Source: Catajapyx aquilonaris
Taxonomy: Eukaryota
Assembly: GCA_000934665.2 (NCBI GenBank)
Contig: JYFJ02003586.1
Location: 1 to 39,844 of the forward strand
Length of the DNA stretch: 39,844 nucleotides
Direction of reading: 5' to 3'
In this document: piece after piece, positions 11,759 to 24,364 of the stretch
How the letters are laid out: each line of letters begins with the position of its first letter
Numbering within the stretch: position 1 is the stretch's first letter
Translations under genes and position numbers: made by a program
Notes under the pieces: model-generated
Database searches by the model: none
What the model was told of the DNA's origin: nothing
The model's input: the letters and a program-made list of their open reading frames with translations, nothing else

Positions 11759-11866
11759 ATGCCCAGGCTGAGGATCAAAGTGGACGCTACCAGGATGGCA
11801 CTCCTCAACACCTGGTTCTGCTGCAGTTTGCTCACCGGATCGTTCGTTGCCGCCATTTATGCAATG
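11759..11866 (+). CDS. Four-transmembrane protein (Pasiflora/LAPTM-like), coding exon 1
   Basis: MPRLRIKVDATRMALLNTWFCCSLLTGSFVAAIYAM; acceptor TAG at 11739; donor GTGAGG, phase 0. The in-frame ATG at 11795 (AGGATGG) may be the true start. Confidence 0.85.
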
Positions 11867-14800
11867 GTGAGGAAAATTACATGTAATCTTCTTGTCTGTC
11901 CCCTTTTTTTGCCCTTACCTTGGTAGGTGTAACGGTTATGGTTCGATCAGTTCGTAAACGTTGGAGCGAAACCGGTCGGAAAATAAGCCCACATACCACG
12001 TTACACGAACATATGAAAATTCAGATTTTGCTCTTTTCAACTATGTGCATATAGAAGTTATTTTTGAAACGACCTTATTTTCATGTTCGATTCCAAAACT
12101 TTTGATTTGCCATTGGCTGATTTGAATCATGTGACCAACAGGGTGTCATCAGATAACCTATCGGAAGTAACGCCTCCTAAATACCTGGTTCTGATAACAA
12201 TGCTAGATATATAGGCATACTCCAGCGGGCACTGACCAACTCTTGGAAGCATAAAATAATGCTACACCTCACTCTCTTTCTATAAAAAAAAACAGCAATA
12301 AAAATCAGATTTTCCAGTACAAGTAGTCAACAACTATACGATGACAATTATAGCCTTCGCGTTAGATTCGGCCATTAATCTACCACGGTTTCACAAACCC
12401 AACTCCGTCTGTCATCTTGATTGGATCAGTCTGTTTCGATTGAAAATTGCACACAGGCGCTACTTTACATTAGTGTTTACCAGATACTTGAATATAACTA
12501 ATATTGGAGAGCACAGTGCAACCGGGGTGTCCCGTCCAAGTCTAATCATCATAATCACATGGTCAAGTGGTGTCAAAGACCTCCAAACAAAATGATGCCT
12601 CCCCCTCTCTTAAAGTAGTCTCAGTTAAGAGGAGTCGAAAGAGAGGACAATCATCCTTCGGTGGGGTTGCCCAGACCAGTTTTAAGTTCTGGCCTTGGGA
12701 GGTGTCGGAAAAATATTCTCAAGGACTCTCATCCTACTGATCAAAACCTGGCAAATATTTTCTAGTAGATGGTCGAAAATCAGGTGTGCCCTCCATCCAC
12801 GCACCGGCGGCAGAATCAAATACCTGCGCATAAATAACGGCATCTTGCACCCAGGCACGTCCTAAACTTATGCGCATAGCTGTCGAAATTGCGGTGCAGA
12901 CAACGCCCACCGCATTCAACCGCTTGGAAACAGTTGGGAACATCAACCAAGATTTTTTTAAAAAATATGGGTATGAAAATGGTTATTTTCTAGAAGCATT
13001 TTGATGCTGTCAAAACTGAGTGGAATTTGGCGAACTCGAGAGTGTTGACACTGTCGGTGCCATAAACAAATCACGTCTGTTGTGTCTCCGAATGAAGCGG
13101 TGCGAATATGTCAATAACCTTGCACAGTCAAAACATGTGCATTTGGCGCAATATTCGAGCAGACGAGACGGTCCATGTTTAATAAATGTCATGTACAATC
13201 TTACACAGTCACGTGCGAATAATCAATTGCGGCCATGGCTCAAAGGAATTATTGACGAGACCGAGTCGTAAGTTGGGCCCAAACATAAGAGTAACCATAA
13301 CACACATTTTCTTTCATACGTGACTGTGTGGTGTCGAATCACGCATGAATATGCAGCCGCATACCTTCGATATCGTCTTTCCACTGTTTCCAGGACGATG
13401 TAACACTGTACGTGGCCTTGTTTTTTTTCTCTCGTCTTCTTCTTTCTAAGTTCAAGAATGAGGAAGGGGCTAAAATTGTTGCGCAATATCTTTCTCATCG
13501 TTTTGTACTTGCGTCTGATTTAGGGTCGGTGAATGTTACTTAATAGAGTGTCTGTGAATATTGCTCACTCGTAGCCTCGGGCTGAGAGGTAACTTCTCAG
13601 GGAAGTCCCTGGAGCTAGATCTCAAGGGTTGCGTAAAATTTTCCAAAACACTTGCTCTCTATCTGCGCCCTCCCAGCTCTATTAAAGCGCTTTATAACGC
13701 GAAGAGTCACGCACACCTGTGTACAAAACCAACAAAAAAAAGTGTATATCTTATATGTGGACAAGACCGGTAAATCGAGGTTACCCAGCTCGAAAGGTGA
13801 ATTTCTGTGTGACCCACTGACATTTATTCCATAATGTGTACATGTGCTAATAATTTATTTATTATTTTATTTTATTTACACACTTTTACCTCCCACTCTT
13901 TACTATTTTGTGGGGTGATATCTGCATTATTTTGTCCAGCTGGGATTGTGCTAAACGTTTTCTCCTGTCAATTCAAAGCCGGCCAGTGTAAATACCACTC
14001 GGGACAGAAAACGTAATGACGTAAGACCTACCACTTTCCCCAGACAAAAGGTTGCCATTTAGGAAGTAAATGCTTCATTGGATCCCCTGGAAACCAGACA
14101 AGGCGGTACGTCTCTTTTGTAGAAAGAGAGGAAAAAAGGAGTGCCAAATAGGTTTCCCCGAGAGTGCTCTTCTTCCTCACCCGCTTCCACCCACTAAAAA
14201 TGAAAAAGGGACGGTAATTACGTTACTCAGTGGGATTACCGCAAAGTGACGAACTGTAAGAGCTGTTTACAGTTCGATGTTCTATGCGCGTGTGTCAGCT
14301 ATCCTTGAACTTTTAACGGATTTGCAACACATATTTTTGCATAATATTTATTTTCTTTGCAAGAGCATTTGCCAAGTTCATAAGTGCGTAAATTGCAAAG
14401 GAGAATGCATTTTTGCGATGTAATTTCATGGCGATTTGCGCGGTTAATATGGGCAACCGGGTTGTTATCTGATGTTCGAGTTATTACTGAACCGTAAACA
14501 GCATTGAGTCAACCTGTCAACATGCGTAAGTCACTGCAAAGTCTCAGAACTTGACCTCCAACTGGTACATTGTCCTCCGGAGTTTTTGGTAGGGGGGAAA
14601 ACAAGCTGGAGAGACAAAGAGAATATGGTGTCGCTCATAAGTCTGTCACAGGCTGTTTCCGCATGGGTAATTGAACGACACGGGGTGCGGCAAACGCTGG
14701 GTTGAAAAGGCACGTAGGCTTGAAATAATAATTATTGACTCTTGGCAAAGTTCGATTGTGACCATCTGTCAATTAGCATTTTCCATTGTGTCGTCCAAGT

Positions 14801-14874
14801 TTGGGCGAATCAAGGACCTCTGACTTGAGAGTGTCATATGCGCAAATGCTAGTATTTATCGGAAAATTAGGTGG

Positions 14875-15020
14875 TTGGCGGACGGTCTTTTATCGAATTC
14901 ACCTCAGGTGGTTAGTCTAGCGTAAATACCATGGGAGACGAAGCGGGAAAGCCTGCACTATATGAAAGGGGATCGAACGCGGGACCTTTGTATCAATAGG
15001 TGCCAGAGTCACCGTTTACC
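14875..15020 (-). mobile_element. tRNA-derived SINE, family A-related copy
   Basis: Reverse complement contains AAAGGTCCCGCGTTCGATCCC and GCTTCGTCTC...TGGTATTTACGCTAGACTAACCACC, matching the family A body. Confidence 0.65.
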
Positions 15021-15604
15021 TTATAACGTGAAAATACCGAAGTACCATATAAAAACCGAATTCTGACGTCACTGATAGAGTGAACTTTTCAAAGTGCTCG
15101 GGAATATGATATTGAATTCTTTGAATGTCATTTGTAACATCACACTATTGCCACATGCAAGGTTAATCAATGAATAGCAATGGAAACTATTTTGATTTGT
15201 ACATCACTGTAGTTCGATGCCGGTTGTTCCAATTAGGGGTCATTACTATAATCGGAAATTCATTGCATTTCAGAGCTTGGATATATGATTCAATTAGGCG
15301 GAATATTAGTAGCTAATATTGAAATAAGCAGCGAAAAATCGCTTTCAATTGGTATTGTCGGAATTGTTTTGAAATACCACGCATAATTTGGAACACCAAA
15401 TTTAGTTTAGGAATTTGATGAATTCACCGGACACCACAACTCATTGCATTGCACGTGATCATTCCGAAATTTGCTGGTCCCAAGTAATGTACTTATAGAT
15501 GTAATGTAGCAAAATTGCGGATGAGAAAAATTAGTGATTATGCAAAGCAACATTCTTCATTGAAAAAATAATAATTTCAATTATCATTTCCTACCGATAT
15601 TATA

Positions 15605-16144
15605 CAGGGTGATCCAACTCTGTGTCACCAACAGTTATTGGAAAAATCAACAAGCTGCTTGTTTATAAGCAGGTCGTTGCTAAGAGATCAATAAGAGTTA
15701 CTTTCTGGAGAATCGGGAATAGCACCTGCTGATATTAGGTCCAATGCCCATGTAACAATATTAATGAGGGAAAAAAGGGTCATCCGTGGGAAACAGGCTG
15801 TTCTGGTGTTCGCTGGAGGGTTTCACATGAGGTCACTAGCTGCCAAACCAAAGGTCTAATCCGTCGGAACTGGACAGACCCGGGTGTGTCAATAAATAGG
15901 CCTTCTGGTCTGTTCATTGTTGGCCGCTGTTGGCAAAACCGAGACAGGTCAACAGGCAGCGTTGTTTAGTTACCAGCAAATAAAATATTATTGTTACATG
16001 GCCATTGGACCTAATATCAGCAGGTGCTATTCCCGATTCTCCAGAAAGAGCCAGAAAGCATCTCTTAGCAACGACTTGCTTATAAACAAGCAGCTTGCGC
16101 GATTTTTTCAATAACTACTGGTACCATAGAGTTGGATCACCCTG
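15605..16144. mobile_element. Tc1/mariner MITE with long TIRs
   Basis: TA|CAGGGTGATCCAACTCT ... AGAGTTGGATCACCCTG|TA; inverted arms of about 155 bp. Confidence 0.92.
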
Positions 16145-19120
16145 TATAGCTATTTTAAGAGGCATGCCAAGTATAGGCATGACACTGATAGTGACACATT
16201 TAGATAAATAGTGATCACATGCAGCCGTGTTATTTTCAGATATGATAGATGATTATCTGATACAATTGTTAATAATAAATTATACTGCATGATTATCAAG
16301 CAGGGGCTCATTACATCCCCCTATACTTGGGTAAATTGGCAACACTGCCTGAAAATGCCACAGTGAACCATATAGACTACCACAGTACGGTATTATTAAG
16401 TTCCGTTTCTACATCAAAAGACACACATATTATCCTCCCCCCTCCGCTTCTCTTAATGATGTAATCAATGTCCAGTGTAAATTTTCCTACCAAACTGCGG
16501 CATGTAGGTTTCATCAAAAAAAAAAAGACGAAGATCGTGACTTGCTTTCCCCCCCCCCCCCCCCCCTTCCTCCCATCACTTCCCCCCTCGACCAGACCAT
16601 TGAATGGACCTTTTCAGCGAATCAGTCTCACGTGTCGGAAGAATTTAAAATTCCAATTGAAGTAACGGCTCGTGTGTCGCAATTGCAGGTGTACCGCTCT
16701 CTTTATGCTTCATCGCATTTTTTTGCAATTCCTCTTCAAGTGTGCAGTACCGGAGAGTGGGAGAGGGGGGGGGGGGGAAAGGCGCATTTTCGCCAGCGAT
16801 CGCTATTTCCGTGAAAGCGTAGTTCACTCCGGTCAATGGATTTCCAGATTATGCTGGCTAGACATGTGCAGGACGATCCTATAGTTTCGTTTGACCCATA
16901 TCGTCATCATGTGATTGACTGAACTGTATAACCAAACATTTTTTTAAACAAAAAAGACTGGATGCACTTTCTGACATACCCTGTACTTGGAAAGGCCCAT
17001 TGTGGGCTATATGTATCTTGCGGTTGTGGCAGGAAGTTTGAACTGTCCTTGTCCACTTGAATACTCAAAAGGCCCAGTCTTTTGTATTCTAATTGGGCGT
17101 AGTGTCTACATCCTGCCAACCTTAGACTGGAGTCTTAAAGTATACGCCCTTTTTTTTCGGAACCAACACAATAGGCATAATCGTGGGAGCCGATATTCCG
17201 GATTTCCCTCCATTCTTTTGCGGGTTGAAAAACGGGGTTATTTTTGACACAGATCGATCAATTTGCATTCAAAATATTCAATCATGTAAGGTATTTTTTG
17301 GGAGGAAATGTAGACTATAGGACGTCAGGTTCCTTTAGTGTACGAAATGATGTTTGGGAGGATGTTTGAGTATGTTACTGGTAATCATGATTGCAATTTC
17401 CCATGGGAAAGTGAACATCCGCGGACAGGTCAATTGCTTTTTCCTGGAGACGAGGAAAAGGCTCAGAAATCGCTCTGAACAGAATGCGCAGCGTTCGTGA
17501 TGATTCAAAATTACGTTTCAGACTTGGAGAATTTACGGCGTTCCTTTTTAGAAAATAACGTGACGCCACCGTTTCACGGCAGAACTAAAATTCACCGACA
17601 AGCCATAAAAGTCTAGACAATCGCCATGTATGTGACACAACATCCAAAATAGGGGATTCAAAACCAGAGTAACAACATTACGCATTCGGAGGTTAAACAA
17701 AAGAGTCTGATAATGTTAGAGGGTTTCTTATGACATCAATCATCGTACGACCCACTCTGACTCCATCACCTTTCCCTGTAACTTCCTTTTGTTGTTAGAA
17801 TCCTGACTAATCCGATTTACATCAGCGAGTATCCCACCCAATAAGTCCTTGCCTACTCCCAAACTCTGGTGTGGGTCGTCGAACCCACGCCCCAATCCAA
17901 AAAAAGACTTCACGGTACACCACCTCTCATTTTAAAAACAGACTTGGCCCGACTTATTGCCACTCCTCTAAACTCGACAATCTATTAAGGTGTCAGTAAC
18001 TATTACCACATTCCGAGCAATCCGTTGCATTATGAGTGGGAAATGTTTCCCCACTGGATTCAGTGCTAAATAATAGACGTCAGAGGGCATTCATCTTAAT
18101 TTCCGTGCAGCGACCTTTTTAAATCGCTTTGATTTAATTTTTTATGATTTAATCTCCTGGTTCTGGTTATACGTTGTTTTAGCCGACCTCATTTGACTTT
18201 GTTGTTGGCTGGCTATAAATTTTCCCAATCCAGCTAACGATCAATGGATCCGGTTGCCGGATATTACTGCCGGAAAAAGAACAGAAGCTTCTTCGAAGAT
18301 TAACCTCATGCTAATGACCTTCACAGTGGACAGAATGGATCTGTTACAGCCTGTGATTATCGATTATCCGTCCTCTAATAACGTCTATCATGACAGGGCT
18401 TGTGAGTTATTTGCATGCCACATTTGGAGCGTTGCATAACCGCCATGTTGGATCATCACCCACGTGTGGAGTAGGCTAATAAAAGGGGGTATGAGAATTA
18501 CATTGCACGGTGAGTGAACACCTCAAAAACTGACCCCACCCTACAATTTAAGCTCAATGCCAACCCCCCCCCCCCCCATACAAGCCTACTCGAAATCTCA
18601 TCAGACATCTCAAGGATAGTAGCTAAAGATATTGTCCAGAATGCATTTCACCCAAGATGGCAGCCAACAAGGCCCAAAATTGGCCATGGTCAATGTGTCG
18701 GAAATGCAGTGCGTCACGAATGAGCCATTAGTCATACCCTGCACTTATGCACGACATAAGCCGATTCTCACGCGATCCGTAAAGCAGCAGCCAAGCAGAA
18801 GGGCTTTTAATGGATCCCTGGGGTGCAGTGCAAATCAGTGGAATTTGCAAGATGACAATAATTAAATGCCTGGTGATTGAACTATACTAAAAAGCGTGCT
18901 GAAAGTTCAGGATGAGCTGAAACGCTGATTGAGAAGGAAAGGAAAAGTGAGGAGGGGGGGGGGGGGGAAACTTGGCATCGTTTTGGGGCAACAACCTTCG
19001 CGTGCAAATCGTTTCCCAAATTTTTTTAAGGAACATGCATGTTGCACTATTGCAAATTTCATAGCCACAAACAACCCATATTCATGTGTAAATATTATAG
19101 CAAAAATTCCTTCGTTTCAG

Positions 19121-19175
19121 ATGGTGTACGTTGTGGTCTTCTCCATACAAGTCTGGTGGATCATCGAAAACGATG
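19121..19175 (+). CDS. 4-TM protein coding exon 2
   Basis: Acceptor TTCCTTCGTTTCAG; MVYVVVFSIQVWWIIEND-G; donor G|GTATGT, phase 1. Confidence 0.9.
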
Positions 19176-19445
19176 GTATGTTTCAAAAGCAACCTGGGCG
19201 CAGGATCGATACTAAATACTTAATTTTATTTATATTATAATAACGTAATATATTTATTTTTAAAAACAAATTCAATAACAGGTGATAAACTGCTATTGTT
19301 TTATCCAGTTGTATTTGAACAAGAACAACGGTAGAGATTTTAGCCTTGTGCATTTTAAACCCTTCCTGCGCTCAAAAGAAATCAGGCTTTATTTCTCTAT
19401 TCCCTTGAGAAATTCCGCGAAAAACGTCGACCTTCACTGTTGCAG

Positions 19446-19531
19446 GATTACCAGCTCCAGCGTACGTCCTGTGCGCGGGATATTTCATTACGTTCATCGG
19501 GTCTATAGCTTTAACAGCAGGGCTTGCTATG
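19446..19531 (+). CDS. 4-TM protein coding exon 3
   Basis: Acceptor CACTGTTGCAG; (G)LPAPAYVLCAGYFITFIGSIALTAGLAM; donor GTAAGT; phases 1 to 0 consistent. Confidence 0.9.
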
Positions 19532-19798
19532 GTAAGTAACATGAATATTTTCTTGCTAAAAATATACGGGGGGGGGGGAAACACGTGTGAAAGAGGGTAG
19601 TAAAAAAAATATTATTCCAGGAAAAAGTCTGCTTATCTATTGCCTTGGGCGGGGTTGTAATGGAATCAATGAAGGTCGTTTCCCACACTTTGCGTGCATC
19701 AATTCAAAAGGCACGAGTGTCACTTTTTTTCATGCAGACTTTCACGCACATTCCATTGCATACAATCTGTACACTCATTATTTGCTTTTTTGTTTCAG

Positions 19799-19894
19799 CG
19801 ACGGCTCAGGTACTTACTTGGATGGATATTTATGATGGTACTCTTCTACTTTCCGGAAGCAGGGATGGTTCTCTTTGTCAGCCTCTACTATTGG
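19799..19894 (+). CDS. 4-TM protein coding exon 4
   Basis: Acceptor TTTTTTGTTTCAG; RRLRYLLGWIFMMVLFYFPEAGMVLFVSLYYW; donor GTACGT, phase 0. Confidence 0.9.
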
Positions 19895-20419
19895 GTACGT
19901 AATGGCTTATATATAAATGAATGTGTGCAATTATCGTCTTAAATTTTTTGCGTTTGAAATATATTATATCAGAGTGGGTATAATTAGTAACTTACACGCA
20001 ATGACTGCAAACAATTAGCAAAATTACATTTGATATTCACTCATTGGGTGATTACACACGAAGGCTCCAAACAGTAGGACGAATCTCTCCGGCTATTTTG
20101 GAAGTATAAAAACACATATGAGACAAAATAAATGATCCCAACCCATTTAATCACCTAACCGCAGAAACGCCACAAATTAATTTATGCGGTCACCTCCACT
20201 TGGCGCAGTCATCATCATGAATAATGTATATCTAGTGGATGGATTACATCAATAACGAGAATGAAAACCCGGAAAAAAATACCGTAGTGCTCGTTAGCGA
20301 GCGAAGGTTAAAGAAGACTTCGGTTTCAGGCCTAATAAAAGTTCTAACTGATATGGTGTAGATAAAATGACAATGTAAACGTTTTATAGATATTAATTGC
20401 GTGTGGTTGTTTTTTACAG

Positions 20420-20482
20420 GGCCCAGATTCCAGCTATGGAATGACGGAGCTGATATTCTGGATATGTCGAGCCATTTTAAAC
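20420..20482 (+). CDS. 4-TM protein coding exon 5
   Basis: Acceptor GTTTTTTACAG; GPDSSYGMTELIFWICRAILN; donor GTAAGT, phase 0. Confidence 0.9.
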
Positions 20483-21533
20483 GTAAGTATGCTTTCGTCT
20501 AACTATATATATGAAGGGAATAAGCTGCCCCACAATGTATAGCTGAGGTAAGAAGTGGTCAAGAAACTACTTGGATACGTCACTTCCGTTTTCCCATCCG
20601 CAACAAAAGGGTTGATAAAACAATGGAAGCGAATATCCATTCGGTTAGACGAGGCCATTGTGTTAACAACCGTTTCAGACAGGTTTTTTTTCGATACCCG
20701 ACACCATTAAAACCGTTTTAGAAGGGGCCGCACTTTCGCCACTTTGTTACTAAGTAAGTCAAGTTTAACTACAATATAATTTTTCTCACGCTATGCAATT
20801 AGCCGAGTGATCATACTACGGTCTTGCACCTGGATTTTTGCATTATTCCACCCATTCCACAGACATCTCATTACACCAGGATAACAGCTGATAAACCACG
20901 CGCTTTTTATCATGTGCATGGGCGTATACTGTTTGCGGAAACAAACAAAAGCAGGTTTTTTTTTATTAATCCTGGAGAGTTGGTTTCATCGCAACATAAG
21001 AAATATGTGCGTGATGTCTAATGGTTCAGGATGAAAATCACGTGTAGATTGATCATATTAGACATAGATTTTGTTGCGCCTGATGAAGACTTGAATGTCA
21101 GCATTTAGCAGTTCATCAGGCACAATTCATAATATAACCTAATCATATACTGTTTTATTACTGTACATCTGTAATTCTTGGAAGGGAATAATTATTAGAA
21201 AAATACAGAGAAATAACCGAGACTTCCGCATTCTCTGCAGCTCCAAGCTGGCACTTAGTCAGATCAGAAAATTTTCTAAAGTTATCATTTTGAAGACCTA
21301 TATTTTTCATAAGGCAGTGTACGAATTTAAATATTTAAATATAGCAACGATTATGGAAGGGCCACCATGTGCGACGCCCTGTACGGATCCATACGTAGTG
21401 CTATTACAGTTTCATACATGGGCATGAATAATTTCGCCATTGTCAGCATGCATATTTCTCCCACGCGCTCGTAAATATTGAGTCAGATAATTAACATGAC
21501 AATCAACAATAAACTGGTGATTATTGTTGACAG

Positions 21534-21620
21534 GTGCTGTCAGTGGTCGGGATCCAGTCGCAATATGCCAGTTGGAAAGAAGAAGACAACATAATGAAGA
21601 GGCTGCATGACCTGACTTCG
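21534..21620 (+). CDS. 4-TM protein coding exon 6
   Basis: Acceptor TTGTTGACAG; VLSVVGIQSQYASWKEEDNIMKRLHDLTS; donor GTTAGT opening a 60-nt in-frame intron. Confidence 0.8.
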
Positions 21621-21680
21621 GTTAGTAACACAGAAACCTCCGGGCCCAATGGGAGAAACTTAATGCCGATTAAATTACAG

Positions 21681-21835
21681 GTAGCTACCATTCCGGACAC
21701 AGACCTGTCCAACGGACATGTCAAGACCAATGGAAACCTGGGCTACCAAAACGCAGGGTTTGTCGGGTCAACACAGGTGATCAGCTGTGATTCCGTTGTG
21801 GCAGGAGGGGACAAGCGCCATGGATCACTAAAAAG
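21681..21835 (+). CDS. 4-TM protein coding exon 7
   Basis: Acceptor AAATTACAG; VATIPDTDLSNGH...GYQNAGF...KRHGSLK; donor AG|GTACCG (phase 2) matches the phase of the last exon. Confidence 0.75.
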
Positions 21836-22198
21836 GTACCGGTGTTTCACTAAATAATATCAGTCACTTTCGTAAAGAACCAGCAAAAGAAGTGGGGGGA
21901 GAAAAAAAAGGGTGTGGGGTGTCGTTTACCTGCTGACCCACTTCTTGGCACAAGCATCAAAGCCGTCATGCTCGCTTGCCAAGTTTGTTTTAAGTCGGGT
22001 TTTTTTTTACGGTGCGTGTGTGCGTGTGTGTCGCACTAATGAATCTTCGGGGGAACCGGAACGAGTCTTGGGACGGGTTGTAAAGTACAGTACCATCTAA
22101 CATTGTTTATAGACCAACTTTTCCAACGTTTGGTACAATGTAATAATAATGCACAGCAACAACTAATTACTGCTGCTGCTACTAGATAATTATAGTCC

Positions 22199-22199
<1 letters not shown>

Positions 22200-22237
<38 letters not shown>

Positions 22238-22283
22238 TATAATTATAATAATTATAATAATAATTATAATAATAATAATAATA
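22200..22283. repeat. (TAA)n microsatellite, possibly a retroelement tail
   Basis: Directly visible, with a few TAT interruptions. Confidence 0.95.
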
Positions 22284-23469
22284 AACGCCCGGACAGGCCT
22301 CAGATAGGGCGATCGCTTGCACGGTTTTAGGACTAAAATACTCTACATCAGTTTTATAATTGAGACTTGCGTCGCTTAAATAGGGAATGTGGGGGCAATT
22401 AGTTCTCATTCAGTTCAAAGCGTATACTAGGCGGATTATCCTGCATGCATACCACCCGTCAAACGGGGAGGCCAGACGGGTGGTGTGATGTGCAGGATAT
22501 TTAATATATTAGCCTTCTGTTAAAAAGCTGGTCCCACCCACTGCACTGCCATAACTGAGAGCAGTATATAGGCCTAATAAGCAGTATAAGAAGCTCAGCA
22601 ACATGCAGAGTTGTTATACGTACAGTATATCATGCATTTGACGCCTCCGAAATTATACGGAAGGCATGACAATGTCTCGTCTTGCCGAATCTCATCTCTC
22701 TCCCATCTGTATGAGTCAGGAGCATTCAGATAAGACTGCAGGTGGTAGAGCTGCCTTTACATGGAAATCCAATAATCCAGTCAATTGTAACGTGGGCAAC
22801 TTAATTGCCGGGTCGCGCTCAGTATTAAATAAACTATAGATTTCGGTTCAAAAATCAAAATATGCAGTTACTGGCCCATCTATTAGAGTATTTACAGTAT
22901 CTCATGCTGACATTAGGTTTGAGTTTGGTATGAATATTGGTCTGCAAGGAGGATTCAAGCCGTCAGTGGTATAATGGGATTCCAGCCTCGACTCATTCAG
23001 TTATGCAGACAATGTTGTTTTGCGGACAGTGATGAGAATGTGTGCCAGTGTGTGCTTGCAATCTCGCACGCTGCTTTGTTTTGGAAGAGTTTCAGTGTCG
23101 AATGACCATGGTACTAGTCGTAATCTGTCTAGTTTCCGACTTAATGAGCTTGTTTACCAGGTTCAGACGGTTGAATGGAGAATTTGTCAGTCTTCCATAT
23201 AATGCACCGGCAAAAGGCATGTGCAGTACAACAAATAGTCACAATGCCACAAATTACAAGAAAGCTTTACTGGTCTAAACATTACATGGATCAGTCATAG
23301 GAATGGTCATCAATTGATAATCAAATCTGCTTGGAGCCGCCACCCTTTTCCAACTTTCCTTGAAAATAATTCCAATATAATTTCTAATTTTTATTGTACA
23401 CAACGTGTACAGTAAATCTGAAATAAGATGGCAACCCCACATCATACCTATACTCTGTATGGCACATTT

Positions 23470-23637
23470 CTGCCGTCCCAAGGTAAAACACCCTAACTTG
23501 AAAACAAGTCAGGGTGAAGGTTGCATGCATGCCCTGCACTAATCCCCTCCGAGTCAGGGGGGGATTAGTGCAGGGCGTGCATGCGACTTTCACCCTGACA
23601 AGTTTTCAAGTTAGGGTGTTTTACCTTGGGACGGCAG
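23470..23637. mobile_element. Palindromic MITE, Sola1-like
   Basis: Near-perfect 168-bp hairpin CTGCCGTCCCAAGGTAAAACACCC...GGGTGTTTTACCTTGGGACGGCAG; 4-bp flanks ATTT / AGTT. Family assignment tentative. Confidence 0.8.
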
Positions 23638-24364
23638 AGTTTGGGTTAAGAGAGCCCATCCCGTCGAGGTTTCTCATTTTACCTCTAACCCGATCACATG
23701 ATTTGCTACCACCATTGCTAAGATGGGTTCTGATGGGTTCCGCAGCTGCTCATATAATTATCAGTGTTTAATGTATGGTAGTTTGACACAGAACCAACAG
23801 GGTTACCACTGCATGCACATAATCCACTTGTGCATATTGTGTGATATAAGTGGAATCCACTAATTCAAGTTTCGGCAAGTTTGAGTTATTTGTACCAATA
23901 AGTAGCATTTTTAATGCTTTATCACCTGGTGAAGTCCATTTAGTCCTCAAGATTAATAATAATCCAGGAAGCCAGGATTTTCTGTATTCACTAGCATGTA
24001 TACAAGAAAGGAGATAACCACTCCCCAAAAAAGTGTACACCAGGTGCTTCCACCCAGTTCCAAGCCGGTTCCAGGCTGGTTCCACAGGGACCCTGTACAC
24101 TGGTTTCATGAAGTGGTTACCCCCTCATATACAAGTGCAAGCTGCAAGGTGACATCTTTTCCTTAATCTCAGAACAAGTTTTTTGGACAGTGGATTTCAC
24201 TTGTATGCCAACAATTCTGCGGCTGACAATGCATAGTCCATGTAAAATATGTGCAGAATATGAGGTATTAAGATGTGGCCTTGAGGAAACCATTGAAACC
24301 ATCATTTTTACAATGACTTTGCAACCATTCTGTACTATTACTATTATTCATCAAACATTTACAG

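Noticed and set aside
16360..17006. Transib-like CACAGTG / CATTGTG termini
   Set aside because: Ends do not match beyond the heptamer and there is no 5-bp TSD.
21074..21125. Inverted pair of CCTGATGAA motifs suggesting a hammerhead ribozyme or Penelope remnant
   Set aside because: Neither strand has the GAAA after stem II or a recognisable stem III and cleavage triplet; only a small hairpin is supported.
22182..22409. Poly-Tyr ORF
   Set aside because: Translation of the (TAA)n microsatellite.
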